64,000 nt of DNA from Microgenomates group bacterium (GCA_041659805.1 JBAZXP010000001.1:704589-768588), one strand, 5' to 3'. Positions 49,062 to 57,830 are shown, counted from the first letter of the stretch. A program made the numbers and translations. Notes: generated from the letters alone by a model not told the origin.

Positions 49062-49829
49062 TCAATCCACTTTTTTCCAAATATTTTGAGAGCTCTTACT
49101 AAATCGAATAGTGTCCTGTGTGGTAACAAATAAGGAAATCTCTTCAAAAGTTTTTGCAAGTTTTGCTTTGCCATAATGTGAGACAAAAGCTCTTCTTCTT
49201 TCGTTAGCCATAACAAAAAATATTGAAGGTGAAGGACTGTTGTTAGTACTTGCTTGCCAGCTACCATCTTGAAAATAGGTTAGATATTTTCTAACAGAAT
49301 ATCTTATTACACCTGTTTTGTCCCGATACTCATCAAACAATTCAAGAAAATATCTTTTAGTTACTCCATTGGTTTCAACTGCAATATATCCATCCAGATC
49401 TTTTGGTAAGTAATCAAAACTTTCTAAATCTTGTGGAGTGCAAAAAGCCATCTTAGACTTTTTATCTTTTTGGGATAAAAAGAATAAGTAAATATCAACC
49501 ATAAATAGACAATGTTCTTTGAAAACTTTTGTTAAGCTTTTTTCTTTGTAGATTCTATTTAAGAAATCCTCACTTACATTTTTGTTTTCTTTAAGAATAT
49601 GTCGTGACATAGAAGCAAGACAATAGATATAGGGCTTTGCAATATTTTTATAATCTACAACAGCGGTTATATATTTTTTCTTCCTTAAATCTTTGAGCCA
49701 TTCTTTTATTCGTTTTGAGTCTTTGTGTTTGAAGTGTTTTTGTAGTTGTGATGTTGTAGTAAAGCGGAATTTGAGAAGAAAGAGAATTATTTGTTTTTGT
49801 GATTTAGTAATTGGTGGTAATGTTTTCAT
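49062..49829 (-). CDS. replication-relaxation (Replic_Relax-like) family protein, putative plasmid/ICE maintenance protein
   Basis: N-terminal winged-helix-like segment (LTKSQKQIILFLLKFRFTTTSQLQKHF) and about 255 aa length, typical of replication-relaxation family proteins. Pattern-based call. Confidence 0.45.
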   Translation of the reverse strand: MKTLPPITKSQKQIILFLLKFRFTTTSQLQKHFKHKDSKRIKEWLKDLRKKKYITAVVDYKNIAKPYIYCLASMSRHILKENKNVSEDFLNRIYKEKSLTKVFKEHCLFMVDIYLFFLSQKDKKSKMAFCTPQDLESFDYLPKDLDGYIAVETNGVTKRYFLELFDEYRDKTGVIRYSVRKYLTYFQDGSWQASTNNSPSPSIFFVMANERRRAFVSHYGKAKLAKTFEEISLFVTTQDTIRFSKSSQNIWKKVD

Positions 49830-49978
49830 ATAGTTAGTTAATGTTTTGGAGCAGAAGGTTTGAGCAGAGGTTAGGTTTATATACCTTGTTTTGGATTATA
49901 TTACATCCCCTTATATTTATATAAGTATAAAGAGTCTGTGTTTTTTCTTGGTTTAGCTTCATTATTATACTTATTTCT

Positions 49979-49996
49979 GTCCCTACGCGTGGGGAC
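49979..49996. promoter_or_regulatory. near-palindrome GTCCCTACGCGTGGGGAC between the coupling-protein and Replic_Relax genes (terminator or oriT-like hairpin candidate)
   Basis: Inverted repeat GTCCC/GGGAC around ACGCGT, in an AT-rich intergenic region. Confidence 0.3.
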
Positions 49997-50001
49997 AATT
50001 T

Positions 50002-52539
50002 CTAGAAGCCTGTACCTTCAGGAAATAGTACACCATCTGATTTATTTATCTGATTTACTGACTTTGTTTCTTTTACCTCAGTAACTTGATTATTAAATTT
50101 TTGATACTTTATTGCCCAATTTTTCCGTGAACTTTCAATTAACTTTTCTATTTTTTTATCATCTTTTTTCAAGGGCGTATAAATTGTTTCACCGGAAAAT
50201 GGTTCTTCCGGTTCAAGGGCTGAAACTTTAATATAAAAGTTATATTTAGGTAAGTTAGATATCTCTCCTTTATCAACATAAGGTGCAAACTGATTAAGCA
50301 TTAATTCTTCATCAACGTAATTTGCAGTTCTAAAACAGACTACAGTTGTAACATTGGCTAAGATTACATTAACAATATTTCTATCATCCTGTTGGGAAGT
50401 TGACTGCTCAGCAAGAGTAACTCTTAATTTATATTTTCTTCCTTCCGATAACATCTTGGTAAAGGAATGAGTAGCAAAATTTTGAAACTCATCAACATAT
50501 AAGTAAAATGGTTTTCTTTTATTCTCAGGAATATTAGATCTCTTTAGTGCTGCTTGTTGGATTTTAGTCATAATAGTTATACCTAAAAGCCTGGAAGTAT
50601 CTTCACCAAGTTTTCCTTGAGAAAGATTACAGATAATAATCTTCCCTGAGTCCATAAGTTCATCAAAATTAATAGTAGATTTTGGTTGTTCTAAAATTCT
50701 TTTAGCAGTGGGAGAAAAAAGAAATCTTCCAATCTTGGCAGTAACACCACCTGTCATTTTAACTACCTGATAATCTCCGGCTCTACCAAATTCAAATTTC
50801 CAGAAGTTCTTTAAGTTTTCATCTTTTAATTTGGCGATAACTTGTTTTTGAAAAGGAGGATTATTTAGGAGATCGTAAATTGTAAATATTGTTCTATTTT
50901 CAACTGTAAAAGCAGTATAGATAGCATTCCTTAAAATATATTCAATTCTGTGGGCATTAGTATTTTCTTCTTTGGAAAAGACCTTTCTAAATAAAGAAAT
51001 AACACCTTCTGCAACAACTTCTTTTTCTAGTTCTGCTTCATCCTCATCTAAGCCGGGAGTAAGTTCAAGGATATTAATACCAATCGGGTATTTTAAATCA
51101 ATTGGATTAATAAAAACCAAATCATTCAATCTATTTTCAGGAATAATGGAAATTAAATCATCTGCTGCATCTCCATGAGGATCAAGAAACGCCATACCTC
51201 TTCCTTGTTCAATATCGTGTTTTGCCATGGAAAACATCATGGTAGTTTTACCTGATCCTGTTCTTCCTATAATATACATATGAGTTTCCCTTTCTTCTTC
51301 TGTTAAACCAATATCAGTGATAGTTCCTCCATAATTATTTCTGCCAAAAACAACATCATATTTATTTCCTTTCTTAAGAGACAGCGGAGCAGGTAGAGTT
51401 TTACTGTGGGATTTAACCAGGTTTTCAGTATTCGTCATGCTGGTAAAGGGGAAATGATAAATATCAGAAATTTCAGAGATAGAGAGTATTGAAGTTTTGG
51501 TAAGTGATAATATTCTTTTCTTAAAAGAAAAAAACAAGTAATCTTTTACTTTATTAACACTTAAAAATCTTTTGGTTACTAATGACTGATAACCAGTTGA
51601 TGAAAAGGTTGAAAAAGAGGACTTAAAACCCTGTACTCTTTCAGATAAATCATCTTTTTCCTTAAAAGCCATCAGAAGTCTTATTGTTGTTTTAAATAAA
51701 GGCTGGTTAATTTTTGAATCTATTGAGTTTACTATTTCTATCTCAGATAAAGATTTTATTTTAGGTGCCAGGTGTGCAGGGTAAAAGAGCCATTTTAATA
51801 TTCCCGGAGTTTTTAAATGTTTAATAACATCACCATTAGCTGAAATAAGTTTTGAAATATTTTTTGTTCCTTTATTTCCTGTTGCTGACACAACAATCTG
51901 CAGAGATATCAATTCACCATGTGCAAGTTTTGTCATTTGTCCGGTTAAGTAAGCAATCGGATCATGTTTATCTAACTCAGCTTGTCTTTTAAGAGAGAAA
52001 GCAAAATGTTTGGAAAGTTTAAACTCCATGATTTTGTAAAAAGATTTATTTAAAACATCCGTATTCCCGGGTAAGTACTCATTAACTGTTTTAACTCTTA
52101 AATTAGGAAGGTATGCCATTAAACTTTTCTTCAGGGTATTTACTTGTTTTGGAGAAGTCCTTATTAAATATCTAATTCCCTCATTTTTAGAGGAAACTAT
52201 CTCCAAAGAAAATCTTGATTGATTGCCCAATAATCTATCTTTAAATGACTTTTGGTTCCCCAGAGCATGAATAATAGAAAAGAGTTGATCAGTAGTGTAT
52301 GACTGCTTTTCTGTAAAAGAGGGGGGTGTTAATTCCAGCAACATAGAAGGCTCTTTTAATAAGTTCCTAAGAGCTAAAACTTTACGGATTACTATTAATA
52401 GAAAGGCAGATAGAATAAAGATGATACCTGGAGCAACTAAGTTTTGAACGGAATTTAGAGCATTATCTTGTGGCTTATGAAAATTTGAAGCAAATTGGTT
52501 AAGTAAATATCCAAACTCTAATTTATGTATGTCAATCAT
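50002..52539 (-). CDS. type IV coupling protein-like ATPase (VirD4/TraD/TraG-family, FtsK/HerA-like P-loop) with N-terminal TM segment
   Basis: Walker A IIGRTGSGKTT, Walker B LYVDEFQNF, one N-terminal TM helix (GIIFILSAFLLIVI) and 845 aa. Confidence 0.55.
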   Translation of the reverse strand: MIDIHKLEFGYLLNQFASNFHKPQDNALNSVQNLVAPGIIFILSAFLLIVIRKVLALRNLLKEPSMLLELTPPSFTEKQSYTTDQLFSIIHALGNQKSFKDRLLGNQSRFSLEIVSSKNEGIRYLIRTSPKQVNTLKKSLMAYLPNLRVKTVNEYLPGNTDVLNKSFYKIMEFKLSKHFAFSLKRQAELDKHDPIAYLTGQMTKLAHGELISLQIVVSATGNKGTKNISKLISANGDVIKHLKTPGILKWLFYPAHLAPKIKSLSEIEIVNSIDSKINQPLFKTTIRLLMAFKEKDDLSERVQGFKSSFSTFSSTGYQSLVTKRFLSVNKVKDYLFFSFKKRILSLTKTSILSISEISDIYHFPFTSMTNTENLVKSHSKTLPAPLSLKKGNKYDVVFGRNNYGGTITDIGLTEEERETHMYIIGRTGSGKTTMMFSMAKHDIEQGRGMAFLDPHGDAADDLISIIPENRLNDLVFINPIDLKYPIGINILELTPGLDEDEAELEKEVVAEGVISLFRKVFSKEENTNAHRIEYILRNAIYTAFTVENRTIFTIYDLLNNPPFQKQVIAKLKDENLKNFWKFEFGRAGDYQVVKMTGGVTAKIGRFLFSPTAKRILEQPKSTINFDELMDSGKIIICNLSQGKLGEDTSRLLGITIMTKIQQAALKRSNIPENKRKPFYLYVDEFQNFATHSFTKMLSEGRKYKLRVTLAEQSTSQQDDRNIVNVILANVTTVVCFRTANYVDEELMLNQFAPYVDKGEISNLPKYNFYIKVSALEPEEPFSGETIYTPLKKDDKKIEKLIESSRKNWAIKYQKFNNQVTEVKETKSVNQINKSDGVLFPEGTGF

Positions 52540-52613
52540 TCTTGCCCTTTCAGGCAGAAACTATAACAGAGTATATCACATTTATTCTATTCTTTTTGAG
52601 CTTATTTGACTGC

Positions 52614-52659
52614 TTGACAACTATCGAGATGTAGATATATACTATCTATATCTCGATAG
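52614..52659 (+). promoter_or_regulatory. sigma70-like promoter (TTGACA-17-ATATAC/TATACT) overlapping a 39-bp imperfect palindrome (operator candidate)
   Basis: TTGACA at 52614..52619. Palindrome CTATCGAGATgTAGATATATacTATCTATATCTCGATAG at 52621..52659, in the divergent region between the coupling-protein gene and ORF 52676. Confidence 0.45.
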
Positions 52660-52675
52660 TATATTAAAGCTAAAT

Positions 52676-53011
52676 ATGGAAACTGAACTACAATTATTCG
52701 ATCCTAGAGGATTAAATTCTACCTTAATAAAACAACCTGATATTAAAGAGGGTAGTTTAGTTTCACCTCTCCATAATTCTCAAAAATCTCTTGAAGAAAG
52801 TCTTAATACGTTATTCCCCACCTATAAGGAAGAAACAAAGCTTCAAAAAGCCAAAAGAGTGTTGGGAGGAGAAATAGTCTCTGAGGTTACTGATGAGCAA
52901 CTTGAAATATTTTTAACCGAGGTTCAATTTCTTTTGGACAGTTGGCTTGATAGTTTTGAAAGGACAATATTTGACGGACTAACACTAAAGCAGATTTTGA
53001 AGGGGGAATAA
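52676..53011 (+). CDS. hypothetical protein (111 aa) upstream of the serine recombinase
   Basis: ORF ending 3 nt before the recombinase start, consistent with operon arrangement. Confidence 0.35.
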   Translation: METELQLFDPRGLNSTLIKQPDIKEGSLVSPLHNSQKSLEESLNTLFPTYKEETKLQKAKRVLGGEIVSEVTDEQLEIFLTEVQFLLDSWLDSFERTIFDGLTLKQILKGE

Positions 53012-53013
53012 AT

Positions 53014-54612
53014 ATGAATCAGATCGGTTTTAACAATAAAAAAGAGATTAAAAAAGCAGTTGTATATGTTAGGGTGTCGACAGAAGAACAAGTCGAAAAC
53101 TACTCATTAGATAATCAGGTAGGTACTTGTTCTAGGGAAGCTGAACGCCGCGGGATAGAAATTGTTCAAACCTTCAGAGAAGAGGGTAGATCAGCGAAAA
53201 ATATTATGGGTAGACCAGTTCTGATTGAAATGTTGGAGTTCTGCCGGAAGAATAAAAGAGAAATCGACGCTCTTATGGTTTACAGACTAGACCGCCTTTC
53301 CCGCTCTACCGCCGATTATTTAGCAATTAGAAAGAAACTTTTAGAGTTTGAGATAACCCTGATTTCTACGTCTGAACCTACAGGAGACAGTCCAACTGAA
53401 AAGTTTGTTGAAACAATGTTGGCTGGCTTTGCTCAAATGGATAATGATGTCAGAGGTGAACGCAGTAGAAATGGTCTAAGAGCAAGATTTTTAGCCGGAC
53501 TTAACACAGGATTTGCTCCCTTAGGATATTTAAATCAAAGCGGGTATGTTACTAAAGATCCTAATGCTTGGGATAAAGTTAAGGAAGCATGGGAGTTAAT
53601 GGGTTCAGGAACAACCACGCTACGGCAAATGGCTGAAATTATGAATAAGTGGGGAATAAAAGAAAGGCATAGGGGTAAGGAGTATCAAATTAGACAACAA
53701 ACAATTAATAGAATCTTCAGAAATAAATTCTATACAGGAGTAATAGTTTCTAAAAAGTATGGTCATGAGGTACAAGGACAACATCCACCTATGATTAAAA
53801 ATGAGTTATTTTACCGCGTGCAGGCTGTTTTAGACGGTAGAAACACTAATATTAATGTGGCTTTATCCAGAAGGAACTATGATAATCCCGACTTTCCTTT
53901 AAGGAGGATCGTAAAGTGTCAGCGATGTGGAACTGCATTCAGCGGAGCCTGGAGTAAGGGGAAAAATGCACGTTATGCCTATTATTTTTGCAAGCAAAGA
54001 TGTGGTGGTTCGTCAGTTCCAATACAAACACTAAACGACGCCATGGTTGAGCTACTTAAAAAAATCACTGTCAAATCTCAAACATTAGATCTTGTGGTTG
54101 CCTATATGAGAAAAACCTACTATCAAAGGGTAGCTACTTTACAAAAAAGAAGAGCAGAAGCAGATACAGAGCTTAAAAAATGTTATGAACTGCGTCAAGC
54201 ACTTATAGAAAAGAATTTAAAAGGAATATACTCTGATGATATTTTCAGAGATCAAAATAGACTCATTGAGGAAAAAGTCAAAGATATCGAAGCGACCAAG
54301 GACGAAGCCCTAATTGATAAATATAATATGGAAGCAATCACTAAGTTTATTAAGGATAAGTTTGAAAACCTAGCTGAAACCTATATTCAATCAGATCTTG
54401 AGCAAAAAAGGGTTCTCTTGTGTTCGACTATGCCCCTTGGAGCACTTTGGAACTATCCAGGTCTGGCGAACACCAAGATTAGCCCTTACTATCAAGCTAT
54501 TCTTGACATAGAGAACCCAAGCGACTCACTTGGTGCGCCCAGAGGGATTCGAACCCCCGACCTCGACGTTAGAACCGTCTTGCTCTATCCACTGAGCTAT
54601 GGGCGCAGATAA
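53014..54612 (+). CDS. large serine recombinase (resolvase/invertase catalytic domain + recombinase domain + zinc ribbon)
   Basis: AVVYVRVSTEEQ...SLDNQ (catalytic Ser region), a central recombinase domain, and CQRCGTAFSG...YYFCKQRC (zinc ribbon). The last ~25 codons run antisense through tRNA-Arg(TCT). Confidence 0.8.
   Translation: MNQIGFNNKKEIKKAVVYVRVSTEEQVENYSLDNQVGTCSREAERRGIEIVQTFREEGRSAKNIMGRPVLIEMLEFCRKNKREIDALMVYRLDRLSRSTADYLAIRKKLLEFEITLISTSEPTGDSPTEKFVETMLAGFAQMDNDVRGERSRNGLRARFLAGLNTGFAPLGYLNQSGYVTKDPNAWDKVKEAWELMGSGTTTLRQMAEIMNKWGIKERHRGKEYQIRQQTINRIFRNKFYTGVIVSKKYGHEVQGQHPPMIKNELFYRVQAVLDGRNTNINVALSRRNYDNPDFPLRRIVKCQRCGTAFSGAWSKGKNARYAYYFCKQRCGGSSVPIQTLNDAMVELLKKITVKSQTLDLVVAYMRKTYYQRVATLQKRRAEADTELKKCYELRQALIEKNLKGIYSDDIFRDQNRLIEEKVKDIEATKDEALIDKYNMEAITKFIKDKFENLAETYIQSDLEQKRVLLCSTMPLGALWNYPGLANTKISPYYQAILDIENPSDSLGAPRGIRTPDLDVRTVLLYPLSYGRR
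54531..54606 (-). tRNA. tRNA-Arg (anticodon TCT)
   Basis: Reverse complement: acceptor GCGCCCA/TGGGCGC, D-arm GCTCAGTGGATAGAGC, anticodon loop gtTCTaa, T-arm GGGGGTTCGAATCCCTC, encoded CCA. Confidence 0.75.
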
Positions 54613-54645
54613 GGTATTTTACCAAATTTTGGGTTCAAGAGCCAG

Positions 54646-55593
54646 TTATTCGGCAGAAAAGAATTCTATTGTCTTTTTAAGACCTTCTTCCAAATTTATT
54701 TTAGGTTTCCAGCCAAGCAAATTTTTAGCCTTTGTTATATCGGGACATCTTTGTAGTGGATCATCCTCTGGTAATTTTTCCTTAATTTCCTTTGAAGTTG
54801 CTTTGGTTAGTTTAATAATCAAATCTGCCAGTTCTAGGATTGTAAACTCATTAGGATTACCTAGATTAATTACTTCATTTTTAGTGTTTTCCTTTGTCAT
54901 GCTCAGAAATATTCCTTCAATTAAATCTGAAACATAACAAAAAGACCTTGTTTGAGTTCCATCTCCAAAAATAGGTAGAGGTTGGTTTGCAAAAGAAGCT
55001 TTAATAAATTCAGTCACAACCCGCCCATCATCTATGGACATATTTGGTCCATACGTATTAAATATTCTAATAATTCTGCCATCTAAGCCTTTTGATCTGA
55101 TAAAGGCTGAGGTGATTGTTTCACCAAACCTCTTTGCTTCATCATAAACAGCTCTGGGGCCTGTGGTAGATACATTTCCTCTGTAAGTTTCTTTTTGAGG
55201 ATGTTCCAGAGGGTCACCATAAGTTTCAGAAGTAGAAGCAAATAAAAATTTAGCTTTGTTTTTTACAGCTAATTCACACAGATTCCATGTTCCTGTGGTG
55301 TTTGCCAACATTGTTTCAAAAGCCAGGGTATGATAGCCTTTTGGGCTGTGGATATTCGGTGAAGCAGGGGAGGCTAGATGATAAATTTCATCAGCTGTGA
55401 GTTCTTCTGGAAGTTTATTAGTTATGTCATATCTGAGAAATCTAAAACCAGGTTTACCTTCAAATTTTTCTATGTTTGAGCCATCACTGGTTAGTAAATT
55501 ATCAATACATAAAACTTCATAGCCTTTTGTGAGTAAATATTCACAAAGATGTGAACCTAAAAAACCAGCTCCTCCTGTTACAATTGCTTTCAT
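54646..55593 (-). CDS. NAD-dependent epimerase/dehydratase, UDP-glucuronate decarboxylase (UXS)-like
   Basis: VTGGAGFLGSHL Rossmann motif and the YDEAKR catalytic YxxxK; 315 aa. Confidence 0.75.
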   Translation of the reverse strand: MKAIVTGGAGFLGSHLCEYLLTKGYEVLCIDNLLTSDGSNIEKFEGKPGFRFLRYDITNKLPEELTADEIYHLASPASPNIHSPKGYHTLAFETMLANTTGTWNLCELAVKNKAKFLFASTSETYGDPLEHPQKETYRGNVSTTGPRAVYDEAKRFGETITSAFIRSKGLDGRIIRIFNTYGPNMSIDDGRVVTEFIKASFANQPLPIFGDGTQTRSFCYVSDLIEGIFLSMTKENTKNEVINLGNPNEFTILELADLIIKLTKATSKEIKEKLPEDDPLQRCPDITKAKNLLGWKPKINLEEGLKKTIEFFSAE

Positions 55594-55991
55594 AGATTTT
55601 CCTTAATTTTTTCCGCATTAGCTTTTATCTCTTCAGCTGGAGTATTAGGTTTTTGTCGGTCAAATGTTAAATCATGTCCGCCATCCATTGGGATTAGGTG
55701 TATGTGGGTATGAGCAACTCCATCACCTGATACCATTACACCAACTTTGCCGAGTTTTGGTTTAAAAGCTTTTTTGATAGCAGCAGCAATAGGTTTACAG
55801 ACAACCATAAGCTCACCTAAGTCTTTATCATCTAGATCAAAAAAATAATCAGTATGTTTTTTGGGAATTACCAAAGTATGCCCAGGGTTTATTGGAGCAA
55901 TACTTAAAAAAGCCAGATAATTTTCATCTTCCCAAACTTTTACTGCAGGTATTTCTCCTTTAATTATTTTACAAAATACACAATCTTCCAT
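55590..55991 (-). CDS. HIT-family (histidine triad) hydrolase
   Basis: HTHIHLIP histidine-triad motif; 133 aa. Confidence 0.8.
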   Translation of the reverse strand: MEDCVFCKIIKGEIPAVKVWEDENYLAFLSIAPINPGHTLVIPKKHTDYFFDLDDKDLGELMVVCKPIAAAIKKAFKPKLGKVGVMVSGDGVAHTHIHLIPMDGGHDLTFDRQKPNTPAEEIKANAEKIKENL

Positions 55992-56038
55992 TGATTTTAA
56001 TATAACAAATGCTGGATTTTTATTAAACGGTTAGATTA

Positions 56039-56797
56039 TTAATAGGCTCTTCTGTTATTTGGGTTCTGAAGGAACTCATAAGCATTATTTAAAGCAGCCA
56101 TTGCGGCTGTATTACCACCGGTATCAGGGTGGTGTACACGGGAGTAAGCACGGAATAAAGATGTGAGCAGCATTTGAAATTTATCTTCGGGTAAGCTTTT
56201 AGCCACTGCCGGGTCAATACCCAAGGCTTTATAATAACCTTTTGGATCAGATGCGTCTCTGGAATAATCTCTTCCTGGAATACCTGAGGGGCGCCCGAAG
56301 ACGCTTGCCGTAAGTCTACCGCGCAATTCCAAAATTGTCCTATCTAACTCTCTATTCATGGCTGAAAGTTGTGCATTTTGAAATTGTAAGTTTTGGACGA
56401 CTACTCTACTAGTCGATAAATCAATTTTCAAAGCAGTATTCATGTTTCTTAGCTGGTAGTTTTCAGCAGCCATACTGTCTCTTTGTCTTCTTAAATTAAA
56501 AGTTTCTTCTTCCAAATCATGAATTCTTTGAGATGATTTATCAGATTCTCTTGCTGAAGATAGATTTGGTGGATTCGGATTCACGAAGTCTTTAAGTATA
56601 TCAAAGAATGATGGACGCTTACTTTGTATGATAGGTTCTTCTTTTTTATATATATTTCTTTTACTGAACAGTGGGCTGTTCAGATCTGAATTATAAAATT
56701 TCGAAGATCGCATATTCAGAAGAGAATCCATCATTTTTCTAAAATTCTCTTCGTTAGGATCAAATTTATTTCTAGGATCGTTTTCTGGTGTTGACAT
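56039..56797 (-). CDS. J-domain (DnaJ-like) protein with coiled-coil region
   Basis: C-terminal YSRVHHPDTGGNTAAMAALNNAYEFL, the HPD motif of the J-domain. Confidence 0.55.
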   Translation of the reverse strand: MSTPENDPRNKFDPNEENFRKMMDSLLNMRSSKFYNSDLNSPLFSKRNIYKKEEPIIQSKRPSFFDILKDFVNPNPPNLSSARESDKSSQRIHDLEEETFNLRRQRDSMAAENYQLRNMNTALKIDLSTSRVVVQNLQFQNAQLSAMNRELDRTILELRGRLTASVFGRPSGIPGRDYSRDASDPKGYYKALGIDPAVAKSLPEDKFQMLLTSLFRAYSRVHHPDTGGNTAAMAALNNAYEFLQNPNNRRAY

Positions 56798-56844
56798 AAA
56801 AAGAATTATATAAAACTTTTAGCTGTATGTCAAACTATAGGTTG

Positions 56845-56916
56845 TCGGGGTGACAGGAATTGAACCTGCTACATCTGCGTCCCAAACGCAGCGTTCTACC
56901 GATGAACTACACCCCG
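56845..56916 (-). tRNA. tRNA-Pro (anticodon TGG)
   Basis: Reverse complement: acceptor CGGGGTG/CACCCCG, anticodon stem CTGCG/CGCAG with loop TTTGGGA, T-arm GCAGGTTCAATTCCTGT. Confidence 0.75.
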
Positions 56917-57140
56917 TAATTATCTAAAATCAGCCTTTTTAATTTACAGCCAACCCCAGATTTTAAAAAACTTTCTCTACCCAATGCATCAGCCTTGCAA
57001 AAATACGACTCGTAATATATTAACTTAAAGGGTTTATGTTTACTGGTCCAAAGATTAGATCCAATATTATGCTCTTCAAGTCTACGACCCACGTCTTTAG
57101 ATGTAAATCCTACATAGGATTTATCACTTAATCTACTTTT
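56907..57140 (-). CDS. GIY-YIG nuclease-domain protein (about 78 aa from MYFVYILKS...)
   Basis: MYFVYILKSRLSDKSYVGFTSKDVGRRLEEHN, paralogous to 14950..15219. The longer ORF-track model (to 57248) runs through a pseudo-tRNA and is probably an over-extension. Confidence 0.6.
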   Translation of the reverse strand, partial: KSRLSDKSYVGFTSKDVGRRLEEHNIGSNLWTSKHKPFKLIYYESYFCKADALGRESFLKSGVGCKLKRLILDNYGV

Positions 57141-57167
57141 TAGTATGTATACAAAATACATAGTAGC

Positions 57168-57223
57168 GTATTCTACCGATGTCACCCAGAGGGTGATCGT
57201 CCTCTGGACGAAACTACACCCCG
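57168..57223 (-). pseudogene. pseudo-tRNA: 5' fragment of tRNA-Pro interrupted by a 30-nt hairpin insertion
   Basis: The minus strand reads CGGGGTGTAGTT-[TCGTCCAGAGGACGATCACCCTCTGGGTGA]-CATCGGTAGAA, matching the 5' acceptor and D-arm of the intact tRNA-Pro 250 nt away. The insert contains a CCAGAGG/CCTCTGG stem. Confidence 0.55.
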
Positions 57224-57267
57224 CCTTCGCTAAAGCTCCGGCGGGCAAGCCCGTTTATGGAAACTTT

Positions 57268-57348
57268 ATCATAAGTGCTGGTGAAGGGACTCGAACCCTT
57301 ATGCTTTTAGGCACACGCTCTTAAGGCGCGCGTGTATACCATTCCACC
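57268..57348 (-). tRNA. tRNA-Leu (anticodon TAA), long variable arm
   Basis: Reverse complement: acceptor GCTGGTG/CACCAGC, anticodon loop CTTAAGA, long variable arm, T-arm AAGGGTTCGAGTCCCTT. Confidence 0.75.
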
Positions 57349-57356
57349 ACACCAGC

Positions 57357-57830
57357 TTAATAAGACTTTCTATTGCGTCCTCTGTGAGTTGTTTTTAGAC
57401 TATGGCAATTTGGACACAAGATTCTAAGATTTTCTAATCTATTATCCTGACTAATACCATTAATATGATCCAACTCTAATGGTATTCTACCATCTATTGA
57501 GCATTCTGCCCACCCACATTCTTCACATTCCTCTTTTTTTAGATTCGTCTGAAATAATCTTCTTTTTAGCTTATAGCTCTGGAAATCACTATTAGCAACC
57601 AGAATATTCTTCAAAGGGATTCTAGGTAAATACCGTCCACTGAATCCTTTATTCCAGCCTTTCCCAGTAAAATGGTCTACATTAATTTTTAGGTTAATAA
57701 GGTGCTTTTTGATTTGTTTATAGTTTCCACCTGCTGGCTTCAAGCCAAGAATAATTAATACGTTTCTTATGCTCCTAGATTGTATAACAGCTCCTTTTAA
57801 TTCTAATTCCGTCCACTTCCTTTGCCTCAT
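57357..57830 (-). CDS. HNH endonuclease
   Basis: CEECGW...ELDHINGISQDNRLENLRILCPNCH, the HNH/zinc-finger nuclease motif. Ends 9 nt from tRNA-Leu. Confidence 0.7.
   Translation of the reverse strand: MRQRKWTELELKGAVIQSRSIRNVLIILGLKPAGGNYKQIKKHLINLKINVDHFTGKGWNKGFSGRYLPRIPLKNILVANSDFQSYKLKRRLFQTNLKKEECEECGWAECSIDGRIPLELDHINGISQDNRLENLRILCPNCHSLKTTHRGRNRKSY

Noticed and set aside
54531-54612. C-terminal about 27 residues of the serine recombinase ORF (…APRGIRTPDLDVRTVLLYPLSYGRR)
   Set aside because: This stretch is simply translation across the antisense of tRNA-Arg(TCT), and the functional recombinase probably ends earlier or tolerates this tail. I kept the ORF coordinates but do not treat the tail as a real domain.
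57141-57248. N-terminal extension of the GIY-YIG ORF in the six-frame track (MPAGALAKAGCSFVQRTITLWVTSVEYAT…)
   Set aside because: It overlaps the pseudo-tRNA-Pro fragment. The GIY-YIG domain starts at the internal Met (MYFVYILKS), as in its paralog at 14950.
56845-57348. Group I intron interrupting tRNA-Pro with an encoded GIY-YIG homing endonuclease
   Set aside because: The downstream tRNA-Pro is complete and uninterrupted. The upstream piece covers only the 5' acceptor and D-arm and then diverges, so it is a duplicated fragment, not an exon.
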